64,000 bases of DNA from a virus (IMGVR_UViG_3300009826_000019:43941-107940); one strand, 5' to 3'. Shown: positions 1-8,952, counted from the first letter of the stretch. The notes: a model not told the origin generated them from the sequence alone. Numbers and translations: made by a program.

Positions 1-186
1 ATTTTTGACGTTTGGCGTGAGGGTTTGGTGTTGGAACGTGGCAAATATGATGCTCAGTGTATTGGTTTTCGTGATAGGGTTTATATGTTTATTTTCTCTA
101 TTGATGGCGAGGATATTGGTTCGGTATTAACATCGGAACGCAATTTAGCGTCTATGAATGGTTTTTTCAAGACGGTACAATTATAA

Positions 187-200
187 TACTCAAATGAGTA
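187..200 (+). promoter_or_regulatory. TACTCAAATGAGTA inverted-repeat motif
   Basis: 6-bp arms with an AA spacer; 11 identical copies, all in this orientation. Confidence 0.5.
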
Positions 201-239
201 TATTAAAAAAATAATCAATAACAATTAAAAAAAAAGAAA

Positions 240-536
240 ATGGGTTTTGTGAGATTAAATACTATTAAAAACAGTGGGTTTGAGCATACGATTACAGCCA
301 TATATGAGAATGATAGGTTTGTAAAAAATGAGGTTGTTGTTAGTGGTTTATTTAGGAATAAAATGCTTTCGGTTGTGCTTCATGTGTATCAAAACAGGGG
401 TAGTTTGGGTAATTTTGAATGGTGTCATTTTAATTGTGTGCGTGATAATTACGGCGTTGAGAGTGATAGACCGTCTTCCGTTCAAAACAATTTAAAGAAA
501 AAAATCCATAAAAGTATCAATCGAATATTGCAATAG
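240..536 (+). CDS. hypothetical early protein (98 aa)
   Basis: ORF track; A-rich leader before the ATG; the TACTCAAATGAGTA motif lies 40 nt upstream. Confidence 0.55.
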   Translation: MGFVRLNTIKNSGFEHTITAIYENDRFVKNEVVVSGLFRNKMLSVVLHVYQNRGSLGNFEWCHFNCVRDNYGVESDRPSSVQNNLKKKIHKSINRILQ

Positions 537-576
537 CATCGGAATAATATTTTAACATTATATTTAGGATAAATAA
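537..576 (+). promoter_or_regulatory. PeSL-like early promoter element P1
   Basis: CATCGGAATAATATTTTAACATTATATTTAGGATAAATAA; ATG at 612. Confidence 0.55.
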
Positions 577-611
577 AGATAACAATAACAATTAAAAATA
601 GATAAAATGCG

Positions 612-839
612 ATGGTGGTAGAATTTAACGTAGAGGATTGTCCTTTGTGTTTTGAAAAGGATGCGGGTTGGAGTAACAGTTGTTCGTATTGTGGTCAGCC
701 TGACCCACGATTTAATGATAATAATAATGATTGTCCTTTGTGTGGAGCCGAGGGGGAGGGTTTTACAAACAGTTGTATGTATTGTAGGGGTTGCGACCCA
801 CGATTGAAGCCCATTTTTGAATGTGAAGCATCGGAATAA
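612..839 (+). CDS. small protein with two tandem CPLC...SC.YC zinc-ribbon repeats
   Basis: ORF track; internal duplication DCPLCF..NSCSYCG / DCPLCG..NSCMYCRGC; element P1 upstream; ends ...ASE* inside the next element. Confidence 0.6.
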   Translation: MVVEFNVEDCPLCFEKDAGWSNSCSYCGQPDPRFNDNNNDCPLCGAEGEGFTNSCMYCRGCDPRLKPIFECEASE

Positions 840-868
840 CATTAAGATATTATATTTGATAGTATAGT
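829..868 (+). promoter_or_regulatory. PeSL-like element P2
   Basis: CATCGGAATAACATTAAGATATTATATTTGATAGTATAG; supplies the stop (ASE*) of 612..839. Confidence 0.55.
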
Positions 869-899
869 AAATAACAATAACAATTAAAACGATAAAAAA

Positions 900-1100
900 A
901 TGAGTGTATTTGTTGGGTGGTATGAGAGTACGAATGTACACAGTGTTGAAAAGCAATATAAAGAGCGTTGTGAGGCGTTGGGTGTGGAGTTTTCGAGGTA
1001 CGATTTTGAAGACTTTTTAGAGATTTGCGAAAGCAATTTTAGTGAATGGTTGGGTTTTCAGATTGAGAATTTTCACAGAGGCGAACCTCGAAAAGTTTAA
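900..1100 (+). CDS. hypothetical early protein
   Basis: ORF track; element at 829 upstream. Confidence 0.55.
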   Translation: MSVFVGWYESTNVHSVEKQYKERCEALGVEFSRYDFEDFLEICESNFSEWLGFQIENFHRGEPRKV

Positions 1101-1144
1101 AAAAAAAATATTATATTAGTATTTATTGCAGTGAATATTGATAT

Positions 1145-1218
1145 GTGCGCGTACCCAAAATGGTTAAGGGGGCAGTCTGCAAAACTGTTTTGTGCAGGTT
1201 CGAGTCCTGTCGCGCACT
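1145..1218 (+). tRNA. tRNA-Cys (GCA)
   Basis: Manual fold: acceptor GTGCGCG/CGCGCAC; anticodon stem GCAGT/ACTGT; loop CTGCAAA; T-arm GCAGG-TTCGAGT-CCTGT. Confidence 0.65.
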
Positions 1219-1317
1219 CTATAAAAACCGTATAAAATAATCGTATTAACATTAACGTTTCTGAATTTGGTTATATGCGGTTTTTTTCTTTTGATAACAA
1301 TAACAAATAAAAACATA

Positions 1318-1602
1318 ATGAAAAACATATTAAATACGGATACTGTTTCGGTTAAGGTATTATTTACGGGTGATGATAGTACATTTTCGTTTGATATACC
1401 ATTAGATGCTATTTTAGTGGGATTGGAAGCGGAGACTATAGAGTGGCGTGAATACGACCCTGTTTACTTTGAAAGTCAAGTTAGGGTTGAGGCGGTAAGT
1501 TTGGCAATGGATTTGTTTTGGGATAAAACAAAGAATTGGGATAACTTTGATATAAATGATTTCGAGGCAAGTTTTACATATATTCAAAGCGCAGGAAAAT
1601 GA
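1318..1602 (+). CDS. hypothetical protein (start moved to the ATG after the A-rich leader)
   Basis: ORF track 1267..1602; the ATG at 1318 follows the aacaataacaaataaaaacata leader seen at other starts. Confidence 0.5.
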   Translation: MKNILNTDTVSVKVLFTGDDSTFSFDIPLDAILVGLEAETIEWREYDPVYFESQVRVEAVSLAMDLFWDKTKNWDNFDINDFEASFTYIQSAGK

Positions 1603-1805
1603 AAATACCGATTGAAAATATTGCGATAGGGGAGACTTTTAAGTTTGTGCGTACTGCTAAAAACCCGTCTTCTCCTGTATGGCAAATAGTGGAAAAATAT
1701 GGATGGGGAGGTGTTTTAATTAAACAATTTGCTCAATATGTGGGAAATAAACCCAAAACCCGAATAATTGAGGGTTGTACTGTAGTTGTTTTAGATTTTG
1801 ATTGA
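1599..1805 (+). CDS. hypothetical protein
   Basis: ORF track; ATGA overlap with the upstream gene. Confidence 0.45.
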   Translation: MKIPIENIAIGETFKFVRTAKNPSSPVWQIVEKYGWGGVLIKQFAQYVGNKPKTRIIEGCTVVVLDFD

Positions 1806-1817
1806 ATTTCGGTATAG

Positions 1818-1857
1818 CATCGGAATAATATCTTAACATTATATTTAGGATATAATC
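1818..1857 (+). promoter_or_regulatory. PeSL-like element P3
   Basis: CATCGGAATAATATCTTAACATTATATTTAGGATATAAT. Confidence 0.55.
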
Positions 1858-1874
1858 AATTAAATATTTTAGAA

Positions 1875-2384
1875 ATGAAAATAAAAGATTTTATAGGCAC
1901 GTGTGGTTTGAGTTGGAGTGAGCATGAGCGCGACTTTGTAACTAAACTAATGGAAAAAGAGGGTTTTACCTTTGATGAGTGGGCTTACGTTGAGTTTGTT
2001 CGTGAAGACTTATCATTCATTAAGAAGTTGCCGAATGTAATGTTTCAAGGTGTTCACAAAAGTTGGTACACAAACAATCGCGAAATACAATTTAAGGCTA
2101 TTCCGCGTTACATACGTATAACGTTTTGTAAAAAGGAGGGTTTTATTCAGTTTCAACCAAAAGAAGACATAACACAGCAATATAGTTGTTTTGTTAAATT
2201 GGTTGGTGGGTTTGCCTACAAAGGAACGCACAGACAAGATGAGCAACAAGACGAATATAATGATATTCATAGTGATTATCATTATGATACGGAGTTGGAT
2301 ATTATAGTTGGCGAGGGGATTGAATCAGCGGCGACTATGGTGTTAAAAACAAAAAATTACGCAAAGAAACGGGGTTGGAAATAA
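1875..2384 (+). CDS. hypothetical early protein (169 aa)
   Basis: ORF track; element at 1818. Confidence 0.6.
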   Translation: MKIKDFIGTCGLSWSEHERDFVTKLMEKEGFTFDEWAYVEFVREDLSFIKKLPNVMFQGVHKSWYTNNREIQFKAIPRYIRITFCKKEGFIQFQPKEDITQQYSCFVKLVGGFAYKGTHRQDEQQDEYNDIHSDYHYDTELDIIVGEGIESAATMVLKTKNYAKKRGWK

Positions 2385-2400
2385 CCCCTTTTTTTCATAG

Positions 2401-2440
2401 CATCGGAATAACATTTCAATTTTATATTTAGGGTATAATA
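2401..2440 (+). promoter_or_regulatory. PeSL-like element P4
   Basis: CATCGGAATAACATTTCAATTTTATATTTAGGGTATAAT. Confidence 0.55.
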
Positions 2441-2463
2441 ATAACAATACAATATTAAACAAA

Positions 2464-3066
2464 ATGGTTAAGTTAGTAAAAGAGATTGAGGGTTTTACCT
2501 TTAGTGAGTTGAATAGTGATGCACAGCATACCGCAAAGGGTTGTGTTTTGGAATATGAGCGTGAGGCGGATTGGTTTTCCGAAGACATTGTAAACGATTT
2601 GTTGGAAAGTTTTGGGATAAGTGAATTGACTCCATATTTTTCTCTATCGTATTCACAGGGTGACGGTTTGTGTTTAAGTGGTTCGATTTCATTTAATGAT
2701 TTGTTGAATGAGAAGTTTAGAAAAATTGCTTTTGCTGGTATTCACCACACACAGATAAAAAGTATTGCACAGTATCTTTTTAGAGTTGAATTTTTGCACA
2801 GCGGCAATTATTATTATTCAAGTTCGGTTAATATTACCGATATGTGTGATAATGATGTACCCGATAACCAGGAGGCGATAATTGAAAAAGTTATTGCCAA
2901 CATTAAAAAATGGTATGCGGATTTTTGTCGGCAGTGGGAAAAGCGGGGTTATATGTATTTTTACGAAATTTCGGATGACGAAATGGTTGAAATTTGTGAA
3001 GACCGCGAGTGGTTTTTCACAGACAAGGGAAAAATCATAGGTTCGGATTTTCGACAAGTGGGTTAA
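2464..3066 (+). CDS. hypothetical protein, paralogue family A (with 15967..16611)
   Basis: Shared block TFSELN...LTPYFSLSYSQGDGLCLSGSISFNDLLNE vs LEPSFSLSHKQGDGLCLHGYISIDDILENE; element at 2401. Confidence 0.65.
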   Translation: MVKLVKEIEGFTFSELNSDAQHTAKGCVLEYEREADWFSEDIVNDLLESFGISELTPYFSLSYSQGDGLCLSGSISFNDLLNEKFRKIAFAGIHHTQIKSIAQYLFRVEFLHSGNYYYSSSVNITDMCDNDVPDNQEAIIEKVIANIKKWYADFCRQWEKRGYMYFYEISDDEMVEICEDREWFFTDKGKIIGSDFRQVG

Positions 3067-3103
3067 GAAAGTTTTTTGATTGATTATTATATGGTTTGGA
3101 GTT

Positions 3104-3135
3104 CCGCTGCCCCCGAAAACTTGGGGCGGCGTTTC
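3104..3135 (+). terminator. terminator hairpin
   Basis: CGCTGCCCC-CGAAAACTT-GGGGCGGCG followed by TTTCTCT. Confidence 0.55.
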
Positions 3136-3142
3136 TCTATTA

Positions 3143-3156
3143 TACTCAAATGAGTA
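3143..3156 (+). promoter_or_regulatory. TACTCAAATGAGTA motif
   Basis: Lies between terminator hairpin 3104..3130 and element P5. Confidence 0.5.
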
Positions 3157-3168
3157 TTGGTGGGATAG

Positions 3169-3208
3169 CATCGGAATAACATTTTACTTTTATATTTAGG
3201 ATATAATA
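3169..3208 (+). promoter_or_regulatory. PeSL-like element P5
   Basis: Consensus copy after terminator hairpin 3104..3130 and the TACTCAAATGAGTA motif. Confidence 0.55.
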
Positions 3209-3225
3209 ATTAAATAACAATAACA

Positions 3226-3462
3226 ATGAATTTTTATTACATAGTTAATTTTGACAATAAGTTTGTGGGTTGCGGGTTGTGTACTATGCAACAAATAAAT
3301 GATATTTGTAGTAATATACGTGGCGATAGAAACATAATTGTTTGTAAAGACGCAAATGATTATGAGCGCGCACAGGATGCGGTAAGGTATAGTTTGGGAT
3401 TACCTTTTTATAAATTGATTTCAATTATAAATGGTCAGTTCAATTTAATGCAAGTGAAATAA
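3226..3462 (+). CDS. hypothetical protein
   Basis: ORF track; element at 3169. Confidence 0.55.
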   Translation: MNFYYIVNFDNKFVGCGLCTMQQINDICSNIRGDRNIIVCKDANDYERAQDAVRYSLGLPFYKLISIINGQFNLMQVK

Positions 3463-3482
3463 CGATAAAAACAGACAATAAA

Positions 3483-3728
3483 ATGACTAAAAAAGAAGCA
3501 AAGGTTGTAGCCCTTACGATAATTAGGGATATGGAAAATAGATTGTCCGAGGAGTTGTACGGTGGTATGGGTCAGATTGACACAGAAACTAAAGAAAGGC
3601 GTTGGTATAACATGAATGAAACGGATATGATACAAAAGCAAATGACCGCTATATTTCATAAAATGGGAGTTGAGGTAACAAAGTTGGAAAACGAATTAGG
3701 TAGTTCCATAATTGTATTTGGCGGATAG
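3483..3728 (+). CDS. hypothetical protein
   Basis: ORF track. Confidence 0.5.
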   Translation: MTKKEAKVVALTIIRDMENRLSEELYGGMGQIDTETKERRWYNMNETDMIQKQMTAIFHKMGVEVTKLENELGSSIIVFGG

Positions 3729-3778
3729 TAAAATATTATGTGGTATGTAAGTAAGATTTACGTACCATATTTTTATTA

Positions 3779-3818
3779 CATCGGAATAATATTTTACTTT
3801 TATATTTAGGATATAATA
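3779..3818 (+). promoter_or_regulatory. PeSL-like element P6
   Basis: Consensus copy. Confidence 0.55.
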
Positions 3819-3841
3819 ATAACAATTAAAATTTTCATAAG

Positions 3842-4258
3842 ATGACAAAGACAGAGGTTAAACTTTTATATAATACATTACAGAGACAGGTTGAATTTGT
3901 AACTGAATTGGTGGACTCGGTAGACCAACACGTTGATATTTTGGGTTTGCCGTCATTTGCGGCGCAGTATTATAAAATGGTGGGTATGCGGCAAATGTTG
4001 GGTTTGACTGAAATTGCGAACAACAAAAGGCGGTTTTTTCTCTATGAGATAGATTTGCAGATAAATTACATTGAGCTACGTATTGCGTTGGATATGGTGG
4101 CAAAGGCCGAGGTTATTGAGGTAAAATGTGATTGTTGTGGCGGTTTAATGGATATTCATTCTGCGCACTATCCATGTGAAAATAACACAGACGTTGTTTT
4201 ATGTTACAGTTGTTTTTTAAGGTCGAATAACATATTTAGTAACAAAAATAAAGTATAA
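3842..4258 (+). CDS. hypothetical protein with Cys-rich C-terminus (CDCCGG...CYSC)
   Basis: ORF track; element at 3779. Confidence 0.55.
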   Translation: MTKTEVKLLYNTLQRQVEFVTELVDSVDQHVDILGLPSFAAQYYKMVGMRQMLGLTEIANNKRRFFLYEIDLQINYIELRIALDMVAKAEVIEVKCDCCGGLMDIHSAHYPCENNTDVVLCYSCFLRSNNIFSNKNKV

Positions 4259-4264
4259 AAAACA

Positions 4265-4453
4265 ATGGCAGCAGTTAGAAAATTACGTAAAGATCATGGT
4301 ATTCAATTAAGTGAATTAGGTTATGCAAACTTTCATTATACGGGTTCCATTAAGGGTATGAAAGCGAAATATTACGGTCGTAATGCGTTGTTGGTCAGAC
4401 AAGGTAGTTGGATTTACAATGTGGATGAGTATATTTATAACATAGCGTATTAA
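4265..4453 (+). CDS. hypothetical small protein
   Basis: ORF track. Confidence 0.4.
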   Translation: MAAVRKLRKDHGIQLSELGYANFHYTGSIKGMKAKYYGRNALLVRQGSWIYNVDEYIYNIAY

Positions 4454-4458
4454 AGAAA

Positions 4459-4755
4459 ATGAAAACAAAAATAGAAATAGGTCGCGGTGACGTTGTTAAG
4501 TACAAATTGAAGGGACAAAAAGTAACTTTTGGGTTTGTTTTATGTACGTTGGAATTTGGCGAAATACGTACCGAAACAGACGGCGTTATATGTGAGAGCG
4601 ATGTTATTAAGGTTTATAAAGATAAAAACGGTTTCGGTCGGGATTTAGCGGATTTGTACCACAAACGAGATACGAGTTCGTATGATATTGCGATAACATT
4701 ATTAAAAACCATGCAATTTTACAAAGACCTTTTAACAGCGAAAGTTCGGAAATAG
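4459..4755 (+). CDS. hypothetical protein, paralogue family B (with 19726..20013)
   Basis: GDVVKYK...DVIKVYKDKNGFG shared with 19726..20013. Confidence 0.6.
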   Translation: MKTKIEIGRGDVVKYKLKGQKVTFGFVLCTLEFGEIRTETDGVICESDVIKVYKDKNGFGRDLADLYHKRDTSSYDIAITLLKTMQFYKDLLTAKVRK

Positions 4756-4795
4756 CATCGGAATAATATTCTAATGTTATATTTGGGGTATAAGT
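4756..4795 (+). promoter_or_regulatory. PeSL-like element P7
   Basis: Consensus copy. Confidence 0.55.
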
Positions 4796-4821
4796 TAATA
4801 ACAATAATAACAATAAATAAT

Positions 4822-5034
4822 ATGGCACGATTTGTTTTAGATATAGCGAATTTGAGTGAGCAGGAAACCGAAGACATTATGCTTCGTATTCTCAATGATG
4901 AGGTGATTTCAAAAACGGTTGTAACAATATCTTGTATTGATACCACTAATGATAATCAGTTTCACGAGGATGGTGCGGACAATGTATTTTCCGAGCGTCA
5001 GATTGAGAAATTTCGGGAGTTGATGAGTGATTAA
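4822..5034 (+). CDS. hypothetical protein (start moved downstream of the element)
   Basis: ORF 4774..5034 begins inside the promoter-like element; the ATG at 4822 follows the AATAACAATAA leader. Confidence 0.5.
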   Translation: MARFVLDIANLSEQETEDIMLRILNDEVISKTVVTISCIDTTNDNQFHEDGADNVFSERQIEKFRELMSD

Positions 5035-5061
5035 AGTGATTAACATTTGATATTAAATAAA

Positions 5062-5226
5062 ATGAGAACGTTTATATTAAACAAATATGATTTTAGAAAA
5101 TCAAATTTTCCGTTGAAAGTAGAATATGTTGAGTTTGATTCGTTGTTTGCGGCGGAAATTTACGTATCCAGGCGTAATATGCGATTAAAGCATCATAAGT
5201 GGCAGGTTGGCGGTAGTATGCGATAG
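5062..5226 (+). CDS. hypothetical small protein (54 aa)
   Basis: Manual ORF; fills a gap before the element at 5228. Confidence 0.35.
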   Translation: MRTFILNKYDFRKSNFPLKVEYVEFDSLFAAEIYVSRRNMRLKHHKWQVGGSMR

Positions 5227-5227
5227 G

Positions 5228-5267
5228 CATCGGAATAATATCCTAATTTTATATTGAGGGTATAACA
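5228..5267 (+). promoter_or_regulatory. PeSL-like element P8
   Basis: CATCGGAATAATATCCTAATTTTATATTGAGGGTATAAC. Confidence 0.55.
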
Positions 5268-5291
5268 ATAACATAATAATAAATAATAATA

Positions 5292-5582
5292 ATGAAGACA
5301 GTAGGTTTAAAAGCGGCGATTAGCGCAGTATTTCCAGGTGCAACAAACATTGATGTACAATGTAGTTATCGTTATCGCAGTTGTTGGTTTGATTGGAATG
5401 GCGAAACGTGGAACCTTTTTACGAACAAAGTAGGTTGGCAGAGAAACAACGATGTAACTTATCGTGTTGTTGAACACAGAAAAGATTACTACGGCGGGGC
5501 TAATCAGTGGGGTTTTTTACGTACATTGGAACAACTGAAAATGCAGTTATATGTTTCGATTAAGAATTGCGATAAAATGTAG
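5292..5582 (+). CDS. hypothetical protein
   Basis: ORF track; element at 5228. Confidence 0.6.
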   Translation: MKTVGLKAAISAVFPGATNIDVQCSYRYRSCWFDWNGETWNLFTNKVGWQRNNDVTYRVVEHRKDYYGGANQWGFLRTLEQLKMQLYVSIKNCDKM

Positions 5583-5588
5583 GGTTAG

Positions 5589-5628
5589 CATCGGAATAAT
5601 ATCCTAATTTTATATTGAGGGTATAATA
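5589..5628 (+). promoter_or_regulatory. PeSL-like element P9
   Basis: Identical to P8 over 38 nt. Confidence 0.55.
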
Positions 5629-5645
5629 ATAAAAACAACAAAACA

Positions 5646-5903
5646 ATGCAAATAGAAATTGGTAAGAGTTACGGAGTAAAACATTACGGCGGTATATTTT
5701 TCGCAGGTGCGGAGGTTTGCCACCGTTACATATACAATGAGGCACGAAATGATTATTCGTGGTCGGCGACCGATAAACAGGATTTGCCGAGAATACCTGC
5801 CGCTTTACTTGACGTTCATATTAAGCAGATATATGCGGGAAAGGGTGCAAACATTATTGAATTAACACAGCGTCAAATAGACGTACATTCATTTAACTTT
5901 TAA
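5646..5903 (+). CDS. hypothetical protein
   Basis: ORF track; element at 5589. Confidence 0.6.
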   Translation: MQIEIGKSYGVKHYGGIFFAGAEVCHRYIYNEARNDYSWSATDKQDLPRIPAALLDVHIKQIYAGKGANIIELTQRQIDVHSFNF

Positions 5904-5915
5904 AAACAAACAGAC

Positions 5916-6143
5916 ATGACTAATAGATTAACGGGGGTAGTGGAATTGTTGGAAGAGCATTTATGGAATTACCACACTAACGATGACGTTGCGAGGCTTG
6001 ATGACCTATCGAAACATTTATCGGGAGAGGAAATTATCGAAGGTTTATCCACAAAAGATGCGTTTCACGAGTTTTTGGATATACAAGACGATTTGGTTCA
6101 AAAGGCGTTGTGGGGTATGCAATGTACGCATGATAGATTTTAA
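5916..6143 (+). CDS. hypothetical protein
   Basis: ORF track. Confidence 0.5.
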   Translation: MTNRLTGVVELLEEHLWNYHTNDDVARLDDLSKHLSGEEIIEGLSTKDAFHEFLDIQDDLVQKALWGMQCTHDRF

Positions 6144-6200
6144 AATAGATATTGATTGATTATTGTTATATAATATTTCCTGAGGCGGGAAATGTTTAAT

Positions 6201-6241
6201 GTGGTGGTTCCTGTTGTGAAACACGTTACCACCACTTTTTA
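6201..6241 (+). terminator. rho-independent terminator
   Basis: GTGGTGG...CCACCAC hairpin followed by T5. Confidence 0.6.
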
Positions 6242-6244
6242 TTA

Positions 6245-6258
6245 TACTCAAATGAGTA
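6245..6258 (+). promoter_or_regulatory. TACTCAAATGAGTA motif
   Basis: After hairpin 6201..6235. Confidence 0.5.
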
Positions 6259-6263
6259 TGAAG

Positions 6264-6303
6264 GATCGGATAACAATAGTATCTTTATATTACATATCAT
6301 ATA
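6264..6303 (+). promoter_or_regulatory. PeSL-like element, divergent variant
   Basis: GATCGGATAACAATAGTATCTTTATATTACATATCATA. Confidence 0.35.
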
Positions 6304-6322
6304 ATAATAAAAACAATAAAAA

Positions 6323-6880
6323 ATGACAGAAAATAAAAGAAAAATATTTGAGAAAATTACCGATGTGTTGTTTTCTTGTGAAACAAAAGAGCATTTTCAA
6401 ACGTACAAAGGGTGGATTGAGAGATTACGTTGTAGTGGTACATTCGACACAAATGATATGATACTTATTTCAACTTTGAATGAGAAAAAGTTGGAGGCGG
6501 ATATAAAAATATTGTCGGCAAAGAAAACAATTATTGAGGAGTTGGAACGAGGTGCTATGTTTGTGGAAAGTTTAACAACACTTGAAAAAAGAGAGGTTAT
6601 TCGCGGTTTTGGAGACTTTATTTTAAGGTTTTTCAATAATAGAAACGAACAAAAACATTATTGCGTACACAATTTACCGTTGGGTATCAATTTATTGGAC
6701 TTCACGTTTGAAGATTATGTACCAACGTTGAAAATATATTTACAGCGACCAGGTCTTTTGATTGGTAAGGCTGGCGAAACGATTGACAGTTTGACAGAGG
6801 GTTTGAGAGAATTTTCAAAACAACCCAATTTACAAATTTCGATTGTAGAAACATTTGGATACAAAGATTACGATTGGTAG
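6323..6880 (+). CDS. hypothetical protein with C-terminal KH-like motif (GLLIGKAGETIDSL)
   Basis: GxxGxxG-type KH signature near the C-terminus; variant element at 6264. Confidence 0.55.
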   Translation: MTENKRKIFEKITDVLFSCETKEHFQTYKGWIERLRCSGTFDTNDMILISTLNEKKLEADIKILSAKKTIIEELERGAMFVESLTTLEKREVIRGFGDFILRFFNNRNEQKHYCVHNLPLGINLLDFTFEDYVPTLKIYLQRPGLLIGKAGETIDSLTEGLREFSKQPNLQISIVETFGYKDYDW

Positions 6881-6974
6881 TTAATACCATTAAGAAATAA
6901 GTTATTTTTATTTATTGTTGTTGTTGTGAGCGGGGGCGTGTTTTATTCACTTCCGCTTTTTCTACATGAAATAA

Positions 6975-7014
6975 CATCGGAATAATATTATAACATTATA
7001 TTTTGGATATAATA
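6975..7014 (+). promoter_or_regulatory. PeSL-like element P10
   Basis: Consensus copy. Confidence 0.55.
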
Positions 7015-7037
7015 ATAACAAATAAAAACTTAAAAAA

Positions 7038-7379
7038 ATGGATATAGATAACAATGTAAAATTTTTATACAAACTCAAGGCGTTATTGAATGAATTTGAC
7101 GTTTCAATGCAATTTAATTGTGATGAGAGTTCCGATATGGGCGGAGTATATGATGCGCGGATTGAATTTGTTGATAACCATACGCACAAACCAATTTTCC
7201 GAACAAACTCGTCATTAGAAATAAATGCTTCGGATATAACGTTTGAAAATGAGGCGGAGGTACAAGGCGAGGTTATATACAGTGATTGTGATGCGTGGCA
7301 GTGTGAAATGTGTAACAGTGATTGTGCGCAGTACAAATATATGCGTAGGCAAATGGAGGGGCATCGGAATAATATGTAG
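7038..7379 (+). CDS. hypothetical protein
   Basis: ORF track; element at 6975; the C-terminus ...GHRNNM* is encoded by the next element. Confidence 0.55.
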   Translation: MDIDNNVKFLYKLKALLNEFDVSMQFNCDESSDMGGVYDARIEFVDNHTHKPIFRTNSSLEINASDITFENEAEVQGEVIYSDCDAWQCEMCNSDCAQYKYMRRQMEGHRNNM

Positions 7380-7401
7380 GAATTATATTTAAAGAAAATA
7401 A
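7362..7401 (+). promoter_or_regulatory. PeSL-like element P11 (degenerate 3' half)
   Basis: CATCGGAATAATATGTAGGAATTATATTTAAAG. Confidence 0.4.
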
Positions 7402-7540
7402 AAAAATTATCATTTTACTATGCAAATTTTGTTTCTTATCTTTATACCATTGATAAGGGATAACAGGAGGAAACCGCCAAGGGTATGGTGTGTCGAGAGT
7501 TGTAAGTAAAATGATAGTTTTTTAAATAAAAACAAAAAAA

Positions 7541-7750
7541 ATGACAGATAGAGAAATAAGAATGTGGGGCGAATTAAACGCCGCTAGTATGACCAAAAGA
7601 GAATACTTTATTAGTGTCGCAATAAGCGGCATATTATCGAGTGGGAATTGGGTTTCGCCTCAACGTGTTAATAGTATGGCGATACAAATTGCTGATGACC
7701 TTGTATTGAAAATGCAGGAACGTTACACTAACGCCGAAGCATCGGAATAA
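7541..7750 (+). CDS. hypothetical protein
   Basis: ORF track; ends ...EASE* within the element. Confidence 0.5.
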   Translation: MTDREIRMWGELNAASMTKREYFISVAISGILSSGNWVSPQRVNSMAIQIADDLVLKMQERYTNAEASE

Positions 7751-7779
7751 TATCCTAATTTTATATTGAGGGTATAGTA
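7740..7779 (+). promoter_or_regulatory. PeSL-like element P12
   Basis: Consensus copy. Confidence 0.55.
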
Positions 7780-7805
7780 AATAACAATAATAAACAACAA
7801 AAAAA

Positions 7806-8150
7806 ATGAATAGAATTGAAACAAACAGAGCGGTTGCTCAACTAAAGGAACAAATTTTGGTAGGAGCCGAATTGATTTACAACAACATTAGAAGTTTGTG
7901 TGACAGTTACGGCGGCGAAATTAGGGTATTTGAAATAACCATTGACAAGGGTATTGACCCAATTTCACTTTCGGATTACGAATGTGGCGTTATTTATCCA
8001 CAGGAATTATATGTGGATGAGGTAGACGGCGAAACTGTTTATCTTAGAGGTTATGACTCCGATGGAAACGACATTGGTAGTATGGATATCGGAGTTTTAT
8101 CTATCGAAGTTTTGATTGATTTTTATGAGTTTCTGTATAAAATCGTTTGA
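7806..8150 (+). CDS. hypothetical protein
   Basis: ORF track; element at 7740. Confidence 0.6.
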   Translation: MNRIETNRAVAQLKEQILVGAELIYNNIRSLCDSYGGEIRVFEITIDKGIDPISLSDYECGVIYPQELYVDEVDGETVYLRGYDSDGNDIGSMDIGVLSIEVLIDFYEFLYKIV

Positions 8151-8211
8151 TAGATCGGATAAAAAAGTTCTATTTATATTTATACAGTATAATTTATAAA
8201 AGAGTTAATCA

Positions 8212-8646
8212 ATGGAAAGTAGAAAAATTGTGTGGACAGGTTGTCAACTAATTGGAAAACTTATTGTAAAAGAATTTTCCACAGTATTTCCCGAATTTAA
8301 GATTAGCACTAAAGAGGAACAATATAATAGTAATGTGCAAAGACAAATTGTTATTGTAATGGAGTTCAATGGTGTGGACACTACGGATGGACTTATGGTT
8401 TTAACAGTTCAACAGCGATTAAATGAAGACAAACCCTTTGTTTATATGGATAGCATAGGTATCCCCGAAGCGATACGGGGTAATGGTTTAAGTAGAAAAA
8501 TATTGGATTGTTTTTGTAAAATGGTGCAGGCGGGGGTTTTCAATCACCTCAATATAAAAGATTGGAGTGACGGATATTGGGGTCATGTTAAAAAAGATTT
8601 CCCCTTTGTACGTGATAAATACACTAATGGTTGGTTAGCAGGTTAA
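8212..8646 (+). CDS. hypothetical protein, possibly a GNAT-like acetyltransferase (weak)
   Basis: IRGNGLSRKIL resembles GNAT motif A; weak. Confidence 0.45.
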   Translation: MESRKIVWTGCQLIGKLIVKEFSTVFPEFKISTKEEQYNSNVQRQIVIVMEFNGVDTTDGLMVLTVQQRLNEDKPFVYMDSIGIPEAIRGNGLSRKILDCFCKMVQAGVFNHLNIKDWSDGYWGHVKKDFPFVRDKYTNGWLAG

Positions 8647-8899
8647 ATTAGTGTATATTTAAAAAGTAATTTATTCATAGTTGTTAAGATAGTAATTTGG
8701 GGGTCGCATGGCGGCTATTCGGATAAAAAAAACATATTAGGCGATAGTATCAGTACCAATGTGCCTTCAGCAAGCACTACCCAGCTTTAATTGTTTTTCC
8801 CAAGCGGTAACAATGACCCCCGATTACTTTTTTGAGAATGGGCATGGAACGATAGAATCCTTGTTCGTTCTCTTTTTTTTTAATTTCTATCCACAATAA

Positions 8900-8939
8900 C
8901 ATCGGAATAATATGTTGTGATTATATTAAGAGTATAATT
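8900..8939 (+). promoter_or_regulatory. PeSL-like element P13
   Basis: Consensus copy. Confidence 0.5.
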
Positions 8940-8952
8940 AAAAATAATAACA

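Noticed and set aside
564-956. Antisense ORFs within the + strand early array (for example 564..956, 2013..2282, 2343..2588, 2818..3171, 9719..10174, 12288..12682, 14700..14969, 15529..15903)
   Set aside because: They overlap well-supported + strand genes and promoter elements on the opposite strand, are low-complexity from AT-rich antisense sequence, and have no upstream element of their own.
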